From a phage: a stretch of DNA of 64,000 bases. A model generated the notes under the pieces. It had not been told where the DNA came from and searched no databases. It worked only from the letters and a program-made list of their open reading frames with translations. Positions within the stretch are counted from its first letter, which is position 1; each line of letters begins with the position of its first letter. The translations under genes and the position numbers were made by a program. The stretch lies in the sequence record PX994957.1. One strand, 5' to 3'. Positions 8,005 to 19,236 of the stretch are shown here, in pieces.

Positions 8005-8535
8005 TTAAACTTCTGCTATAATTTTTCCATCTTTTTCTACTTGAAAATAGGTGTAAGGAATCGTTGCAGTACATACTAAAGCCGGGTCTGAATCTTCTGT
8101 GTAGCTAAATTCTACTTCAGATAGGTCAGAAACCCACGGCTTATAAAAATTTATTGACATCACGATTTCAGTTTTGCTATTATCTAAGATGTAAAGAGTA
8201 ATGTACTCAGGACCTGTTTTTTGGGCAGTATTTTCACCTGTAAGATAGTTGCTAGTTCCTAGCATCCATTCATACATTCCTATCCACGACTTAAGTTCTT
8301 CATCAACTATAAATCTCACAATGAGTGGATCATACTCGAATGTAACGCCTGGACGTTGTGCTCGGCCCAGTCCAAACGGCCCAGTCACGGTATCAGTAAC
8401 AGGTATTCTAATTCCTGGAATAGGAACTGACTGAGCATTTAAAGTAAAAGCAGATGTAGTATTACTGTGTGGTATTGATACTACAAAGTTAGTTGTATTT
8501 GCTTGGTTAAAAATTTGTTGCAGAGTTTGCGACAT
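8005..8535 (-). CDS. 3: gp3 tail tube terminator / sheath stabiliser
   Basis: 176 aa from Met at 8533-8535 (MSQTLQQIF...), GAGGA SD; track ORF extends upstream. Confidence 0.85.
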   Translation of the reverse strand: MSQTLQQIFNQANTTNFVVSIPHSNTTSAFTLNAQSVPIPGIRIPVTDTVTGPFGLGRAQRPGVTFEYDPLIVRFIVDEELKSWIGMYEWMLGTSNYLTGENTAQKTGPEYITLYILDNSKTEIVMSINFYKPWVSDLSEVEFSYTEDSDPALVCTATIPYTYFQVEKDGKIIAEV

Positions 8536-8641
8536 ATATTCCTCATAATGCTTTATAACTGTTGGTGGTATAATGGGTCTAAGTCCCTTCCATTCAATTC
8601 CATTTAGAACAAACAACAGAAAAGAATGGAAGATAATAGAA

Positions 8642-9466
8642 TTAGATATTTGACCAGACTTTGTTTGCAGAGAAACGTTTTCCTTTTGAAACGAACTGCT
8701 GAAGTGGCATCAGCACAACGTTCGCCCAGTCTTTCGGGGCGATTTCAACAAGGCTACCCATAATATTACCGGGTATATATGCCTTAATCATTTGGTCTGC
8801 ACCCCTAAATCCTTTCACTTGACTCCAATCAATTTTTAATTTTGTTTTATTAGTAATAGTAGGTGTATTTGAATATTGCTTTAAAAGCTCTTCTAGAAAC
8901 TGTTGACGAGCTTTAGGTGGAATATAGTGCAAGTTTAATCCATACATTAAATTATGCTTACCTAAACCAAGGTAAATTATTAAAGGAAATTTATCCCAGT
9001 AAGGAAGAGTTTCCTTGTGTTTAGCATCATAAGCAAAAGCATATATTCGTCCCGGCTGCGGGCGAACAACTTTATGTCCTTTTACTTGCTTAATAGTTTC
9101 AGCAAACCATTTTCTGGTTTTATTATTAATTGCTGCACCTTCATTACGAATTTTATCGCGCAATGTTTGTCTGAATGAATTTATCATAAGCAGTTGTCTT
9201 TCTTGCTTATTGAGCTTATTCATTGCTTTTGATTCAAGCTTTTGAATCTTTTCAGCTGTTTTAATTCCTGAAGCATATTTTGACATTGCTGAAGTAAACG
9301 TGGAGTATTTGATTCCTCTTTCTTCAGCAAATTGTTTTCCTGTCATTCCTTTTGCTTTGGCCTTTTTATATTCAAGACCTATTTGAATCCATTTCTTTTC
9401 GTTTAATGATTGCTTAACCTTTGGAACTTGGGGAGTGCTTTCATTAATTATTTGAAAAATAGCCAT
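8642..9466 (-). CDS. 2: gp2 DNA end-protector protein
   Basis: 274 aa, size and synteny with T4 gp2. Confidence 0.85.
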   Translation of the reverse strand: MAIFQIINESTPQVPKVKQSLNEKKWIQIGLEYKKAKAKGMTGKQFAEERGIKYSTFTSAMSKYASGIKTAEKIQKLESKAMNKLNKQERQLLMINSFRQTLRDKIRNEGAAINNKTRKWFAETIKQVKGHKVVRPQPGRIYAFAYDAKHKETLPYWDKFPLIIYLGLGKHNLMYGLNLHYIPPKARQQFLEELLKQYSNTPTITNKTKLKIDWSQVKGFRGADQMIKAYIPGNIMGSLVEIAPKDWANVVLMPLQQFVSKGKRFSANKVWSNI

Positions 9467-9918
9467 TATGCCCCCTTAAAGCCAAGAGCTCGTAATCCAT
9501 CTTCTGTTAGAATTCTAAATTTTATTCCACGCTTTTCAGCTAAAGATTGCGCTGCTTTCCATTTGTCAGTGTTCACAGACCAGGTATAAATTTCATTCAT
9601 AAATCTTTTCTTCGCTGCAGTTGTTAGATGTGCTGGTTTAACTGGTGGTTGTGTTTCTTTTTTAGGTTTTATTTCAATAAAAAATTCTTGTCCAGAAGAA
9701 TCTTTCATCCAAATATCCATGAAGTATCTACGTTTTTTCCCTTCTGCATTACAAAAATAAGGAATTACTGCTGTTTCACTACCCCATGCAATAATTTCTG
9801 GATTTTTATCTAACCATTCAAAAAAGAATTTTTCCCAATTTGATCTATACGTAATTTTTTTAGGGTCACCTCTATATTTTGATATATTTTTAGGAACCCA
9901 TTTTCCAGAATATGCCAT
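9466..9918 (-). CDS. 4: gp4 head completion protein
   Basis: 150 aa, synteny and size match T4 gp4. Confidence 0.85.
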   Translation of the reverse strand: MAYSGKWVPKNISKYRGDPKKITYRSNWEKFFFEWLDKNPEIIAWGSETAVIPYFCNAEGKKRRYFMDIWMKDSSGQEFFIEIKPKKETQPPVKPAHLTTAAKKRFMNEIYTWSVNTDKWKAAQSLAEKRGIKFRILTEDGLRALGFKGA

Positions 9919-9929
9919 TGGATTCTCCT

Positions 9930-9937
9930 TATAAATA
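9930..9937 (+). promoter_or_regulatory. T4 late promoter TATAAATA
   Basis: TATAAATA about 30 nt upstream of gene 53. Confidence 0.6.
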
Positions 9938-9965
9938 GATAATATATTTATAAACAGGAGGGCCC

Positions 9966-10556
9966 ATGCTCTTTACATTTTTTGATCCGATTGAATATGC
10001 GGCCAAAACGGTGAATAAAAACGCGCCGACTATTCCTATGACAGATATTTTTAGAAACTATAAAGACTATTTTAAACGCGCTCTTGCGGGATACCGCTTA
10101 CGTACTTATTATATCAAAGGTTCACCACGCCCGGAAGAATTAGCAAATACTATATATGGAAATCCACAGTTGTATTGGGTTTTATTGATGTGTAATGATA
10201 ATTATGATCCATATTATGGATGGATTACTTCACAAGAAGCTGCTTATCAAGCATCTATACAAAAATACAAAAACGTAGGTGGAGACCAAATAGTATATCA
10301 CGTGAATGAGAATGGTGAAAAATTTTATAATTTAATATCATACGATGATAATCCATATGTTTGGTATGACAAAGGTGATAAAGCTAGAAAATATCCTCAA
10401 TATGAAGGAGCACTTGCTGCTGTTAATACGTATGAAGCTGCTGTTCTTGAAAATGAAAAACTTCGTCAAATAAAAATAATAGCAAAATCAGACATCAATT
10501 CATTTATGAACGACCTTATACGTATAATGGAGAAATCTTATGGAAATGATAAGTAA
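9966..10556 (+). CDS. 53: gp53 baseplate wedge protein
   Basis: 196 aa, first gene of the plus-strand late block, precedes gp5. Confidence 0.85.
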   Translation: MLFTFFDPIEYAAKTVNKNAPTIPMTDIFRNYKDYFKRALAGYRLRTYYIKGSPRPEELANTIYGNPQLYWVLLMCNDNYDPYYGWITSQEAAYQASIQKYKNVGGDQIVYHVNENGEKFYNLISYDDNPYVWYDKGDKARKYPQYEGALAAVNTYEAAVLENEKLRQIKIIAKSDINSFMNDLIRIMEKSYGNDK

Positions 10557-12267
10557 TAACCTTAATTGGTTTGTTGGTGTTGTTGAAGATAGAATGGACC
10601 CATTAAAATTAGGTCGTGTTCGTGTTCGTGTGGTTGGTCTGCATCCACCACAAAGAGCACAAGGTGATGTAATGGGTATTCCAACTGAAAAATTGCCATG
10701 GATGTCAGTTATTCAACCTATAACTTCTGCAGCAATGTCTGGAATTGGAGGCTCCGTTACTGGACCGGTAGAAGGAACTAGAGTTTATGGTCATTTTTTA
10801 GACAAATGGAAAACCAACGGAATTGTTCTTGGCACGTATGGTGGAATAGTTCGCGAAAAACCGAATAGACTTGAAGGATTTTCTGATCCAACTGGACAAT
10901 ATCCTAGACGTTTAGGAAATGATACTAACGTACTAAACCAAGGCGGAGAAGTAGGATATGATTCGTCTTCTAACGTTATCCAAGATAGTAACTTAGACAC
11001 CGCAATAAATCCCGATGATAGACCACTATCAGAGATTCCAACTGATGATAATCCAAATATGTCAATGGCTGAAATGCTTCGCCGTGATGAAGGATTAAGA
11101 CTAAAAGTTTATTGGGATACAGAAGGATATCCGACAATTGGTATTGGTCATCTTATTATGAAGCAGCCAGTTCGTGATATGACCCAAATTAATAAAGTTT
11201 TATCAAAACAAGTTGGTCGTGAAATTACCGGAAATCCAGGTTCTATTACAATGGAAGAAGCGGTAACTTTATTTGAACGCGATTTGGCTGATATGCAACG
11301 TGACATTAAATCACATTCTAAAGTAGGACCAGTCTGGCAAGCTGTCAACCGTTCTCGTCAAATGGCATTAGAAAATATGGCATTTCAGATGGGTGTTGGC
11401 GGTGTAGCTAAATTTAACACAATGTTAACTGCTATGTTAGCAGGAGATTGGGAAAAAGCATATAAAGCCGGTCGTGATTCATTGTGGTATCAACAAACAA
11501 AAGGCCGTGCATCCCGTGTTACCATGATTATTCTTACCGGAAATTTGGAATCATATGGTATTGAAGTTAAAACACCAGCTAGGTCTTTGTCGGCAATGGC
11601 TGCTACTGTGGCGAAGTCTTCTGACCCTGCTGACCCTCCTATTCCAAATGACTCGAGAATTTTATTCAAAGAACCAGTTTCTTCATATAAAGGCGAATAT
11701 CCGTATGTTCACACAATGGAAACTGAAAGCGGTCATATTCAGGAATTTGATGATACCCCTGGGCAAGAACGATACAGATTAGTTCATCCAACTGGAACTT
11801 ATGAAGAAGTATCACCGTCAGGAAGAAGAACAAGAAAAACTGTTGATAATTTGTATGATATAACCAACGCTGATGGTAATTTTTTGGTAGCCGGTGATAA
11901 AAAGACTAACGTCGGTGGATCAGAAATTTATTACAACATGGATAATCGTTTACATCAAATCGATGGAAGCAATACAATATTTGTACGTGGCGATGAAACT
12001 AAGACGGTTGAAGGTAATGGAACTATCCTAGTTAAAGGTAATGTTACTATTGTAGTTGAAGGTAATGCTGACATTACAGTTAAAGGAGATGCTACCACTT
12101 TAGTTGAAGGAAATCAGACTAATACAGTAAATGGAAATCTTTCTTGGAAAGTTGCTGGGACAGTTGATTGGGACGTTGGTGGTGATTGGACAGAAAAAAT
12201 GGCATCTATGAGTTCTATTTCATCTGGTCAATACACAATTGATGGATCGAGGATTGACATTGGCTAA
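10540..12267 (+). CDS. 5: gp5 baseplate hub / tail-associated lysozyme with C-terminal beta-helix spike
   Basis: 575 aa; lysozyme motif YWDTEGYPTIGIGHL; C-terminal VxGxxTxx octapeptide repeats (VEGNGTIL VKGNVTIV VEGNADIT ...). Confidence 0.95.
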   Translation: MEMISNNLNWFVGVVEDRMDPLKLGRVRVRVVGLHPPQRAQGDVMGIPTEKLPWMSVIQPITSAAMSGIGGSVTGPVEGTRVYGHFLDKWKTNGIVLGTYGGIVREKPNRLEGFSDPTGQYPRRLGNDTNVLNQGGEVGYDSSSNVIQDSNLDTAINPDDRPLSEIPTDDNPNMSMAEMLRRDEGLRLKVYWDTEGYPTIGIGHLIMKQPVRDMTQINKVLSKQVGREITGNPGSITMEEAVTLFERDLADMQRDIKSHSKVGPVWQAVNRSRQMALENMAFQMGVGGVAKFNTMLTAMLAGDWEKAYKAGRDSLWYQQTKGRASRVTMIILTGNLESYGIEVKTPARSLSAMAATVAKSSDPADPPIPNDSRILFKEPVSSYKGEYPYVHTMETESGHIQEFDDTPGQERYRLVHPTGTYEEVSPSGRRTRKTVDNLYDITNADGNFLVAGDKKTNVGGSEIYYNMDNRLHQIDGSNTIFVRGDETKTVEGNGTILVKGNVTIVVEGNADITVKGDATTLVEGNQTNTVNGNLSWKVAGTVDWDVGGDWTEKMASMSSISSGQYTIDGSRIDIG

Positions 12268-12796
12268 TATACTTCCAATGAGCGCTGATTTAGGAGAATC
12301 CATGGAAGGTTCTTCTATCGACGTCACCTTTACCGCTCAATTAGAAACAGGTGAAACGTTAGTATCTATAAATATAACTAGTTACGAAGAAACTCCTGGG
12401 GTTTTAGTAGAAGAAAATCGCTTATACGGAACATATGAATCTGTGTTTGGATTTGGAAATGACGCGTTGAAATATCGTTTAGGTGATGAATTTAAAACTG
12501 CTGCTTCATGGGAAGAACTTCCTACTGATTCTGACACTCAGTTGTATTTGTGGAAAGCTCCTCAAAATCTCCAGAAGACATTCACTTACGAAGTAACATT
12601 AATATATGACTATCAAGAACAAAGTGAATCTGGAGGTTCTGGCAGTAATTCTAGGTCATCTTCTGATACTACTGAACCGACAGATCCTCCTGCTCCAGTA
12701 AGAAAAACTCTCGTTAAAAATTATACTAAAACTATAGTTGGAAATTGGAGTCGTTGGGCTAATAAGCTGAGAAGCTATGTGTATGAGAGGCCATAA
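12239..12796 (+). CDS. 5.1: gp5.1-like hypothetical protein
   Basis: 185 aa ORF between 5 and 5.4; exact start uncertain. Confidence 0.55.
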
Positions 12797-13090
12797 ATGT
12801 CAGGATTAAGTTATGATAAGTGTGTTACTGCTGGCCATGAAGCGTGGCCTCCAACAGTTGTGAATGCTACACAAAGTAAAGTATTCACTGGAGGAATTGC
12901 TGTTCTAGTAGCAGGCGATCCAATTACAGAACATACAGAAATTAAAAAGCCATATGAAACACATGGCGGAGTGACACAACCCAGAACTTCTAAGGTATAT
13001 GTCACTGGAAAGAAAGCTGTTCAAATGGCTGATCCAATATCATGCGGTGATACTGTGGCTCAGGCATCATCTAAAGTATTCATTAAATAG
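12797..13090 (+). CDS. 5.4: gp5.4 PAAR-repeat spike tip protein
   Basis: 97 aa, Cys/His-containing PAAR-like fold, position between 5 and 6. Confidence 0.8.
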
Positions 13091-13098
13091 GATTTAAA

Positions 13099-15081
13099 AT
13101 GGCAAATACCCCTGTAAATTATCAATTAACAAGAACAGCAAATGCTATTCCCGAGATATTCGTCGGGGGTACGTTTGCTGAAATAAAACAAAACCTCATT
13201 GAATGGCTTAATGGCCAAAATGAATTTTTGGATTATGATTTTGAAGGCTCAAGATTAAACGTTCTGTGCGACCTTTTGGCTTATAATACGCTGTACATTC
13301 AGCAGTTTGGTAATGCTGCTGTATATGAAAGCTTTATGCGTACTGCTAACTTACGAAGTTCAGTTGTTCAAGCTGCACAAGATAACGGATATTTACCTAC
13401 TTCAAAATCCGCTGCGCAGACCGAAATTATGTTAACATGCACCGACGCATTGAATAGGAATTACATTACTATTCCTCGCGGAACTCGCTTTTTAGCATAT
13501 GCAAAAGATACTTCTGTTAATCCATATAACTTCGTTTCTACCGAAGACGTTATTGCTATTCGTGATAAAAATAACCAATATTTTCCACGTTTAAAATTGG
13601 CCCAGGGACGTATAGTAAGAACTGAAATCATTTATGATAAATTAACACCTATTATCATTTATGATAAAAATATTGATAGAAACCAAGTTAAGCTGTATGT
13701 TGATGGAGCAGAATGGATTAACTGGACAAGAAAGTCAATGGTTCATGCTGGTTCTACATCAACAATTTACTACATGCGTGAAACTATTGATGGAAATACT
13801 GAATTTTATTTTGGTGAAGGTGAGATTTCCGTTAATGCGGCAGAAGGAGCATTGACCGCTAATTATATTGGAGGTCTTAAACCTACCCAGAACTCTACAA
13901 TTGTTATTGAGTACATCAGTACTAACGGTGCAGATGCGAACGGCGCAGTCGGATTTTCGTATGCAGATACATTAACAAATATAACTGTCATCAATATTAA
14001 TGAAAATCCAAACGACGACCCAGATTTTGTCGGAGCAGATGGCGGCGGTGATCCAGAAGATATTGAGCGTATTCGCGAATTAGGTACTATTAAACGCGAA
14101 ACCCAGCAACGCTGCGTAACCGCAACTGATTATGATACATTTGTCTCAGAAAGATTTGGTTCTATTATTCAAGCTGTTCAGACTTTCACTGATTCTACTA
14201 AACCTGGTTATGCATTTATTGCTGCTAAACCTAAATCAGGATTGTATTTAACTACTGTGCAGCGTGAAGATATTAAAAATTATCTCAAAGATTATAATTT
14301 AGCACCTATTACACCATCAATTATTTCTCCTAATTATCTTTTTATTAAGACTAATTTAAAAGTCACATATGCTTTAAATAAGCTGCAAGAATCTGAACAG
14401 TGGCTTGAAGGTCAAATAATTGATAAAATTGACCGCTATTATACTGAAGATGTAGAAATTTTTAACTCATCTTTCGCTAAGTCTAAGATGTTAACTTATG
14501 TAGATGATGCAGATCATTCTATCATTGGTTCATCAGCGACAATTCAAATTGTTCGTGAAGTACAAAACTTCTATAAAACGCCTGAAGCAGGTATTAAATA
14601 CAATAATCAAATAAAAGATCGTTCTATGGAATCTAATACGTTTTCATTTAATTCTGGACGAAAGGTTGTAAATCCTGATACTGGTTTAGAAGAAGATGTA
14701 TTATATGACGTTCGTATAGTATCAACAGACCGAGATTCTAAAGGAATTGGTAAAGTTATTATTGGTCCATTTGCTTCTGGCGATGTTACAGAAAATGAAA
14801 ACATTCAGCCGTATACAGGCAACGATTTTAACAAATTAATAAACTCCACCGGACGTGACAAATACTATGTTATCGGTGAAATAAATTATCCAGCCGATAC
14901 AATTTATTGGAATATCGCTAAAATTAATTTAACATCTGAAAAATTTGAAGTTCAGACTATTGAATTATATTCTGACCCAACCGATGATGTTATCTTTACT
15001 CGCGATGGTTCACTGATTGTATTTGAAAATGACTTACGTCCACAATACTTAACTATCGATTTGGAGCCTATATCACAATGA
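13099..15081 (+). CDS. 6: gp6 baseplate wedge protein
   Basis: 660 aa, same length and position as T4 gp6. Confidence 0.9.
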   Translation: MANTPVNYQLTRTANAIPEIFVGGTFAEIKQNLIEWLNGQNEFLDYDFEGSRLNVLCDLLAYNTLYIQQFGNAAVYESFMRTANLRSSVVQAAQDNGYLPTSKSAAQTEIMLTCTDALNRNYITIPRGTRFLAYAKDTSVNPYNFVSTEDVIAIRDKNNQYFPRLKLAQGRIVRTEIIYDKLTPIIIYDKNIDRNQVKLYVDGAEWINWTRKSMVHAGSTSTIYYMRETIDGNTEFYFGEGEISVNAAEGALTANYIGGLKPTQNSTIVIEYISTNGADANGAVGFSYADTLTNITVININENPNDDPDFVGADGGGDPEDIERIRELGTIKRETQQRCVTATDYDTFVSERFGSIIQAVQTFTDSTKPGYAFIAAKPKSGLYLTTVQREDIKNYLKDYNLAPITPSIISPNYLFIKTNLKVTYALNKLQESEQWLEGQIIDKIDRYYTEDVEIFNSSFAKSKMLTYVDDADHSIIGSSATIQIVREVQNFYKTPEAGIKYNNQIKDRSMESNTFSFNSGRKVVNPDTGLEEDVLYDVRIVSTDRDSKGIGKVIIGPFASGDVTENENIQPYTGNDFNKLINSTGRDKYYVIGEINYPADTIYWNIAKINLTSEKFEVQTIELYSDPTDDVIFTRDGSLIVFENDLRPQYLTIDLEPISQ

Positions 15082-18000
15082 CAGTAAAAGCACCTTCAGT
15101 CACTAGTCTCAGAATTTCCAAGTTATCCGCAAATCAGGTGCAAGTACGCTGGGATGACGTTGGTGCTAATTTCTACTACTTTGTAGAAATCGCTGAGACA
15201 AAATCAAACTCGGGAGAAAATCTCCCGAGTAATCAATATCGTTGGATTAATTTAGGATATACAGCAAATAATAGTTTCTTTTTTGATGATGCTGATCCAT
15301 TGACATCATACATTATCAGAGTAGCTACAGCTGCGCAAGATTTTGAGCAGTCTGATTGGATTTATACAGAAGAGTTTGAAACTTTTGCTACGAATGCTTA
15401 CACATTTCAAAATATGATTGAAATGCAATTAGCTAATAAATTCATTCAGGAAAAGTTCACTCTTAATAATTCTAATTATGTCAATTTCAATAATGACACA
15501 ATAATGGCTGCGTTGATGAATGAATCATTTCAGTTTAGCCCATCGTATGCTGATGTCTCATCAATCAGTAATTTTATTATTGGTGAAAACGAGTATCATG
15601 AAATACAAGGTTCTATTCAGCAAGTATGTAAGGATATTAACCGAGTTTATTTGATGGAATCAGAAGGGATTCTATATCTTTTTGAGCGTTATCAACCCGT
15701 AGTTAAAGTATCAAATGATAAAGGACAAACTTGGAAAGCTGTAAAGCTCTTCAATGACCGTGTAGGATATCCTTTATCTAAGACTGTATATTACCAATCT
15801 GCAAACACAACATACGTTCTAGGATACGACAAGATTTTCTATGGCCGTAAATCGACTGATGTTAGATGGTCAGCAGATGATGTCAGATTCAGTTCGCAGG
15901 ATATAACATTTGCTAAATTAGGAGACCAACTTCATTTAGGATTCGATGTTGAAATCTTCGCTACTTATGCGACTTTACCAGCGAATGTATATCGTATAGC
16001 TGAATCCATTACTTGCACGGATGATTATATCTATGTTGTTGCCAGAGATAAAGTTAGATATATAAAAACGAGTAATGCACCTATAGATTCTGACCCGTTA
16101 TCACCAACATACTCGGAAAGACTTTTTGAACCTGATACAATGACTATAACTGGAAATCCTAAAGCTGTATGCTATAAAATGGATTCTATCGGTGATAAAG
16201 TTTTTGCTCTTATTATTGGTGAAGTTGAAACATTAAATGCTAATCCTAGAACATCAAAAATAATTGATTCCGCTGATAAAGGAATATATGTTTTAAATCA
16301 AGACACGAAAACATGGAAAAGAGTTTTCGGTAATACCGAAGAAGAAAGAAGACGTATTCAACCTGGATACGCAAACATGTCAACTGATGGTAAATTAGTT
16401 TCTCTGTCTTCGAGTAATTTTAAATTTTTAAGTGATAACGTTGTTAATGACCCTGAAACTGCTGTAAAATACCAGTTAATCGGTGCTGTTAAATATGAAT
16501 TTCCTCGCGAATGGTTAGCTGATAAACATTATCATATGATGGCGTTTATAGCGGATGAAAAATCTGATTGGGAGACTTTTACTCCTCAACCGATGAAATA
16601 CTACGCAGAACCGTTCTTTAATTGGTCTAAAAAATCTAACACTCGTTGTTGGATAAACAACTCTGATAAAGCTGTAGTAGTTTATGCTGATTTAAAATAC
16701 ACTAAAGTTATAGAAAATATTCCGGAAACATCACCAGATAGATTAGTTCATGAATACTGGGATGATGGCGATTGCACTATAGTAATGCCAAATGTTAAAT
16801 TCACCGGATTTAAAAAATATGCATCTGGGATGCTTTTCTACAAATCTTCTGGCGAAATAATTTCTTATTATGATTTTAACTATCGTGTGAGAGATACAGT
16901 AGAAATTATTTGGAAGCCAACTGAAGTATTTTTAAAAGCATTTTTACAAAACCAAGAGCGCGAAACTCCTTGGTCACCAGAAGAAGAACGTGGATTAGCT
17001 GACCCTGATTTAAGACCATTGATTGGCACAATGATGCCTGATTCTTATTTGTTACAAGATTCTAATTTTGAGGCATTTTGTGAAGCATATATTCAATATC
17101 TTTCTGACGGATATGGAACTCAGTATAACAATTTACGAAATTTAATTCGTAACCAATATCCGCGAGAAGAGCATGCGTGGGAATATTTATGGTCAGAAAT
17201 ATATAAAAGAAACATTTATTTAAATGCTGACAAACGCGATGCTGTTGCAAGATTTTTTGAATCACGTAGCTATGATTTTTATTCTACTAAAGGAATTGAA
17301 GCATCATATAAATTTCTTTTTAAAGTTCTTTATAATGAAGAAGTTGAAATTGAAATTGAATCGGGAGCAGGTACTGAATATGATGTAATCATTCAATCTG
17401 ATTCTCTTACAGAAGATTTAGTAGGACAAACGATTTATACAGCTACAGGAAGATGTAATGTTACTTATATAGAAAGAAGCTATTCTAATGGTAAATTGCA
17501 ATGGACCGTGACTATACATAATCTTTTGGGGCGGTTAATAGCAGGACAAGAAGTTAAAGCAGAAAGACTTCCAGGTTTTGAAGGCGAAATTATTCGCGGG
17601 GTTAAAGGAAAGGATTTGCTTCAAAATAATATAGACTATATTAATAGAAGTAGATCATATTATGTAATGAAAATTAAATCCAATTTACCTTCTTCCCGCT
17701 GGAAATCTGACGTTATTCGTTTTGTTCATCCAGTAGGATTTGGATTTATAGCAATTACACTTTTAACGATGTTTATTAATGTTGGTTTAACTCTTAAACA
17801 CACAGAGACTATAATTAATAAATACAAAAACTATAAATGGGATTCTGGATTGCCTACTGAATATGCTGATAGAGTAGCTAAATTGACTCCAACTGGTGAA
17901 ATTGAGCATGATTCGGTAACAGGCGAAGCAATTTATGAGCCTGGCCCAATGGCTGGTGTAGAATATCCTCTTCCTGATGACTATAATGCTGAAAATAACA

Positions 18001-18176
18001 ATTCAATATTTCAAGGTCAATTGCCGTCTGAACGACGTAAATTAATGAGTCCTTTATTTGATGCATCTGGAACAACATTTGCACAATTTAGGAATTTAGT
18101 TAATAAACGTCTAAAAGATAATATAGGAAATCCAAGAGACCCTGAAAATCCAACACAGGTTAAAATAGATGAATGA
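15078..18176 (+). CDS. 7: gp7 baseplate wedge initiator
   Basis: 1032 aa, same length and position as T4 gp7. Confidence 0.9.
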   Translation: MTVKAPSVTSLRISKLSANQVQVRWDDVGANFYYFVEIAETKSNSGENLPSNQYRWINLGYTANNSFFFDDADPLTSYIIRVATAAQDFEQSDWIYTEEFETFATNAYTFQNMIEMQLANKFIQEKFTLNNSNYVNFNNDTIMAALMNESFQFSPSYADVSSISNFIIGENEYHEIQGSIQQVCKDINRVYLMESEGILYLFERYQPVVKVSNDKGQTWKAVKLFNDRVGYPLSKTVYYQSANTTYVLGYDKIFYGRKSTDVRWSADDVRFSSQDITFAKLGDQLHLGFDVEIFATYATLPANVYRIAESITCTDDYIYVVARDKVRYIKTSNAPIDSDPLSPTYSERLFEPDTMTITGNPKAVCYKMDSIGDKVFALIIGEVETLNANPRTSKIIDSADKGIYVLNQDTKTWKRVFGNTEEERRRIQPGYANMSTDGKLVSLSSSNFKFLSDNVVNDPETAVKYQLIGAVKYEFPREWLADKHYHMMAFIADEKSDWETFTPQPMKYYAEPFFNWSKKSNTRCWINNSDKAVVVYADLKYTKVIENIPETSPDRLVHEYWDDGDCTIVMPNVKFTGFKKYASGMLFYKSSGEIISYYDFNYRVRDTVEIIWKPTEVFLKAFLQNQERETPWSPEEERGLADPDLRPLIGTMMPDSYLLQDSNFEAFCEAYIQYLSDGYGTQYNNLRNLIRNQYPREEHAWEYLWSEIYKRNIYLNADKRDAVARFFESRSYDFYSTKGIEASYKFLFKVLYNEEVEIEIESGAGTEYDVIIQSDSLTEDLVGQTIYTATGRCNVTYIERSYSNGKLQWTVTIHNLLGRLIAGQEVKAERLPGFEGEIIRGVKGKDLLQNNIDYINRSRSYYVMKIKSNLPSSRWKSDVIRFVHPVGFGFIAITLLTMFINVGLTLKHTETIINKYKNYKWDSGLPTEYADRVAKLTPTGEIEHDSVTGEAIYEPGPMAGVEYPLPDDYNAENNNSIFQGQLPSERRKLMSPLFDASGTTFAQFRNLVNKRLKDNIGNPRDPENPTQVKIDE

Positions 18177-19173
18177 TTCAAGTGTTATCTATCGTGCGAT
18201 AGTTACTTCAAAATTTAGAACAGAAAAAATGTTGAATTTTTATAATTCAATTGGAAGTGGTCCGGATAAAAACACTATCTTTATCACATTTGGAAGATCA
18301 GAACCGTGGTCATCAAATGAAAATGAGGTGGGCTTTGCCCCACCTTATCCTACCGATTCTGTATTAGGTGTAACTGACATGTGGACGCATATGATGGGAA
18401 CAGTAAAAGTTCTTCCATCAATGCTTGATGCAGTTATTCCTCGTCGAGATTGGGGAGATACTAGATATCCGGATCCATACACATTTAGAATTAATGATAT
18501 TGTAGTGTGCAACTCAGCTCCTTACAACGCTACTGAATCAGGCGCGGGATGGTTAGTGTATCGCTGTTTAGATGTTCCTGATACTGGAATGTGCTCAATA
18601 GCATCTTTAACTAATAAGGATGAATGCCTTAAATTAGGTGGAAAATGGACTCCTTCTGCTAGGTCAATGACTCCTCCTGAAGGCCGAGGAGATGCTGAAG
18701 GAACAATTGAACCCGGCGATGGATATGTATGGGAATATCTTTTTGAGATTCCGCCTGATGTATCTATAAATAGATGCACGAATGAGTATATTGTAGTTCC
18801 TTGGCCTGAGGAATTAAAAGAAGACCCGACTAGATGGGGGTATGAAGATAATCTCACTTGGCAGCAAGATGATTTTGGGTTAATTTATCGTGTTAAAGCT
18901 AATACAATTCGTTTTAAAGCATATTTAGATTCAGTTTATTTTCCTGAAGCTGCATTGCCGGGAAATAAAGGATTTAGACAAATATCGATAATTACAAATC
19001 CTCTTGAAGCTAAAGTTCATCCAAATGATCCAAACGTTAAAGCTGAAAAGGATTATTATGATCCTGAAGATTTAATGAGGCATTCGGGTGAAATGATTTA
19101 TATGGAAAATAGGCCACCTATTATTATGGCAATGGATCAGACAGAAGAAATCAATATTCTGTTTACATTTTAA
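18169..19173 (+). CDS. 8: gp8 baseplate wedge protein
   Basis: 334 aa, synteny. Confidence 0.9.
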   Translation: MNDSSVIYRAIVTSKFRTEKMLNFYNSIGSGPDKNTIFITFGRSEPWSSNENEVGFAPPYPTDSVLGVTDMWTHMMGTVKVLPSMLDAVIPRRDWGDTRYPDPYTFRINDIVVCNSAPYNATESGAGWLVYRCLDVPDTGMCSIASLTNKDECLKLGGKWTPSARSMTPPEGRGDAEGTIEPGDGYVWEYLFEIPPDVSINRCTNEYIVVPWPEELKEDPTRWGYEDNLTWQQDDFGLIYRVKANTIRFKAYLDSVYFPEAALPGNKGFRQISIITNPLEAKVHPNDPNVKAEKDYYDPEDLMRHSGEMIYMENRPPIIMAMDQTEEINILFTF

Positions 19174-19178
19174 ATTAA

Positions 19179-19203
19179 GGGAGCCCATGGGCTCCCTTTT
19201 TCT
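19179..19203 (+). terminator. rho-independent terminator after gene 8
   Basis: 9-bp palindrome gggagccca/tgggctccc followed by TTTTT. Confidence 0.7.
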
Positions 19204-19204
19204 T

Positions 19205-19212
19205 TATAAATA
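19205..19212 (+). promoter_or_regulatory. T4 late promoter TATAAATA
   Basis: TATAAATA 25 nt upstream of gene 9 start. Confidence 0.7.
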
Positions 19213-19236
19213 CTATAAACTCATAAGGAAACCGCT

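Noticed and set aside
11990-12240. Tandem nucleotide repeat-like periodicity at the 3-prime end of gene 5
   Set aside because: Reflects the VxGxxTxx beta-helix repeats of the gp5 needle, not a DNA repeat element or CRISPR array.
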